A DNA stretch of 64,000 nt from Clostridiales bacterium (GTDB taxonomy: Bacteria > Bacillota > Clostridia > Saccharofermentanales > Saccharofermentanaceae). Below the pieces are notes generated by a model. The model made no database searches. It was not told the DNA's origin and saw only the letters and a program-made list of their open reading frames with translations. The position numbers were made by a program, and so were the translations under genes. The first letter of the stretch is position 1. Every line of letters begins with the position of its first letter. This document shows, piece after piece, positions 63,043 through 64,000 of the stretch. The stretch lies in contig JAFWDK010000024.1 in the NCBI GenBank assembly GCA_017513085.1, positions 1 to 64,000 of the forward strand, written 5' to 3'.

Positions 63043-63499
63043 GCGTCAGGAAGCGATGCTGAAACTGGTGCGTGCGAAGGACATCAGCACGCAGGAAGAA
63101 TTGGCCCGTGAGCTTGAAAACGCCGGCTGGCAAGTTACTCAGGCTACGGTATCCCGTGATATAAAAGATCTTGGGATCATTAAAGTTACTTTGCCTTCCG
63201 GCGGCACAAAATACAGTGTGCTTGACCGTACCGGTGATGTTGCTCCCGGAAGATTGTTGTCTGTGTTTTCGCATTGTGTTTTATCTTGTGAAGTTGCTAT
63301 GAATCTCGTTGTTGTGAAAACGTTGCCGGGTATGGCGAATGCAGCGGCTTCTGCGTTGGATTCGATCCATCTTCCGGGTGTTGTCGGAACGATTGCCGGC
63401 GACGATACGGTTTTTATCGCAACGCCAAGTAATGAAGACGCCCTGGCTATCAATTCGACGATCAAGGATATGAATTCCCGTTCCGGATCGGATGCATAA
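63023..63499 (+). CDS. argR: Arginine repressor
   Basis: TQEEL, TQATVSRDI, KTLPG.A, GTIAGDDT. Confidence 0.96.
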   Translation: MKMAKNERQEAMLKLVRAKDISTQEELARELENAGWQVTQATVSRDIKDLGIIKVTLPSGGTKYSVLDRTGDVAPGRLLSVFSHCVLSCEVAMNLVVVKTLPGMANAAASALDSIHLPGVVGTIAGDDTVFIATPSNEDALAINSTIKDMNSRSGSDA

Positions 63500-63510
63500 G
63501 AGAGGCAAAA

Positions 63511-64000
63511 GTGTTATTACAGCTGACCATACAAGATTTTGCCATAGTAGAATATGCTTCGTTTGCGCCTGGCAAGGGTCTGAATATCCTTACCGGTGAG
63601 ACGGGTGCAGGTAAATCATTGATCATCGATGCGATCGGTGCACTTCTGGGCCATCGTATCGGTCGTGATTATGTGCGCAAGGATGCAGAGAAGGCAGTGA
63701 TCGAAGCCGTATTTGACGGGATCTCCACATCTGTTCCTTCCGAAGTTTTAGATGAATACGGAATAGAAGCAGAAGAAGACTCCCTTATTCTTCTGCGTGA
63801 GATCAATAAGGACGGCCGTAGCCTTGTACGAGTGAATGGCCGTACAATGCCGGTTTCTGTTTTGAAATCGATCGGTTCATATCTTGTCGACATTCATGGA
63901 CAGCATGACCAGCAGACGATCTTTGATCCATCCAAACACCTTGGAATCCTCGATTCGTATCTTGGTGATGAGATCAAACCTCATCTTCAGGCTTTCCAAA
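63511..64000 (+). CDS. recN: DNA repair protein RecN (partial, runs off the window; not in the ORF track)
   Basis: GTG start after GAGG; reads LLQLTIQDFAIV...GLNILTGETGAGKSLIIDAI...DIHGQHD; follows argR. Confidence 0.95.
   Translation, partial: MLLQLTIQDFAIVEYASFAPGKGLNILTGETGAGKSLIIDAIGALLGHRIGRDYVRKDAEKAVIEAVFDGISTSVPSEVLDEYGIEAEEDSLILLREINKDGRSLVRVNGRTMPVSVLKSIGSYLVDIHGQHDQQTIFDPSKHLGILDSYLGDEIKPHLQAFQ

Overview
Chromosomal segment of an anaerobic Clostridia-class Firmicute, probably a gut or rumen fibre degrader (inferred from gene content). Most of it is housekeeping: T-box plus thrS, tRNA-Pro(CGG), folA, polA-coaE, ychF, comM-dprA-topA-trmFO, queA-tgt, dapAB-yajC, dnaG-trmK-nif3, RNase P RNA, purM, tRNA-Lys(CTT), metY, aspartokinase, and efp-asp23-amaP-nusB-xseAB-ispA-dxs-nadK-argR-recN. 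Accessory genes include tandem DUF4214-tailed surface proteins with a long Pro/Thr repeat stalk, a lipoprotein GH10 xylanase, a probable fused plasmalogen synthase and an FN3-repeat secreted protein. The best candidate for an uncharacterised system is a five-gene phospho-threonine signalling operon at 31220-38081: Zn-ribbon/FHA scaffold, membrane PP2C, transmembrane trypsin-protease/FHA fusion, soluble PP2C, and Zn-ribbon receptor kinase. A GKTVA[IM] motif recurs three times in the scaffold and once in the kinase. A second notable signal is an identical palindromic operator at identical spacing from the putative -10 elements of the xylanase and a DUF4867 gene 43 kb away. rpoD is missing from the dnaG operon. 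No mobile elements or CRISPR arrays were seen. All family names come from motif recognition; no database search was run.
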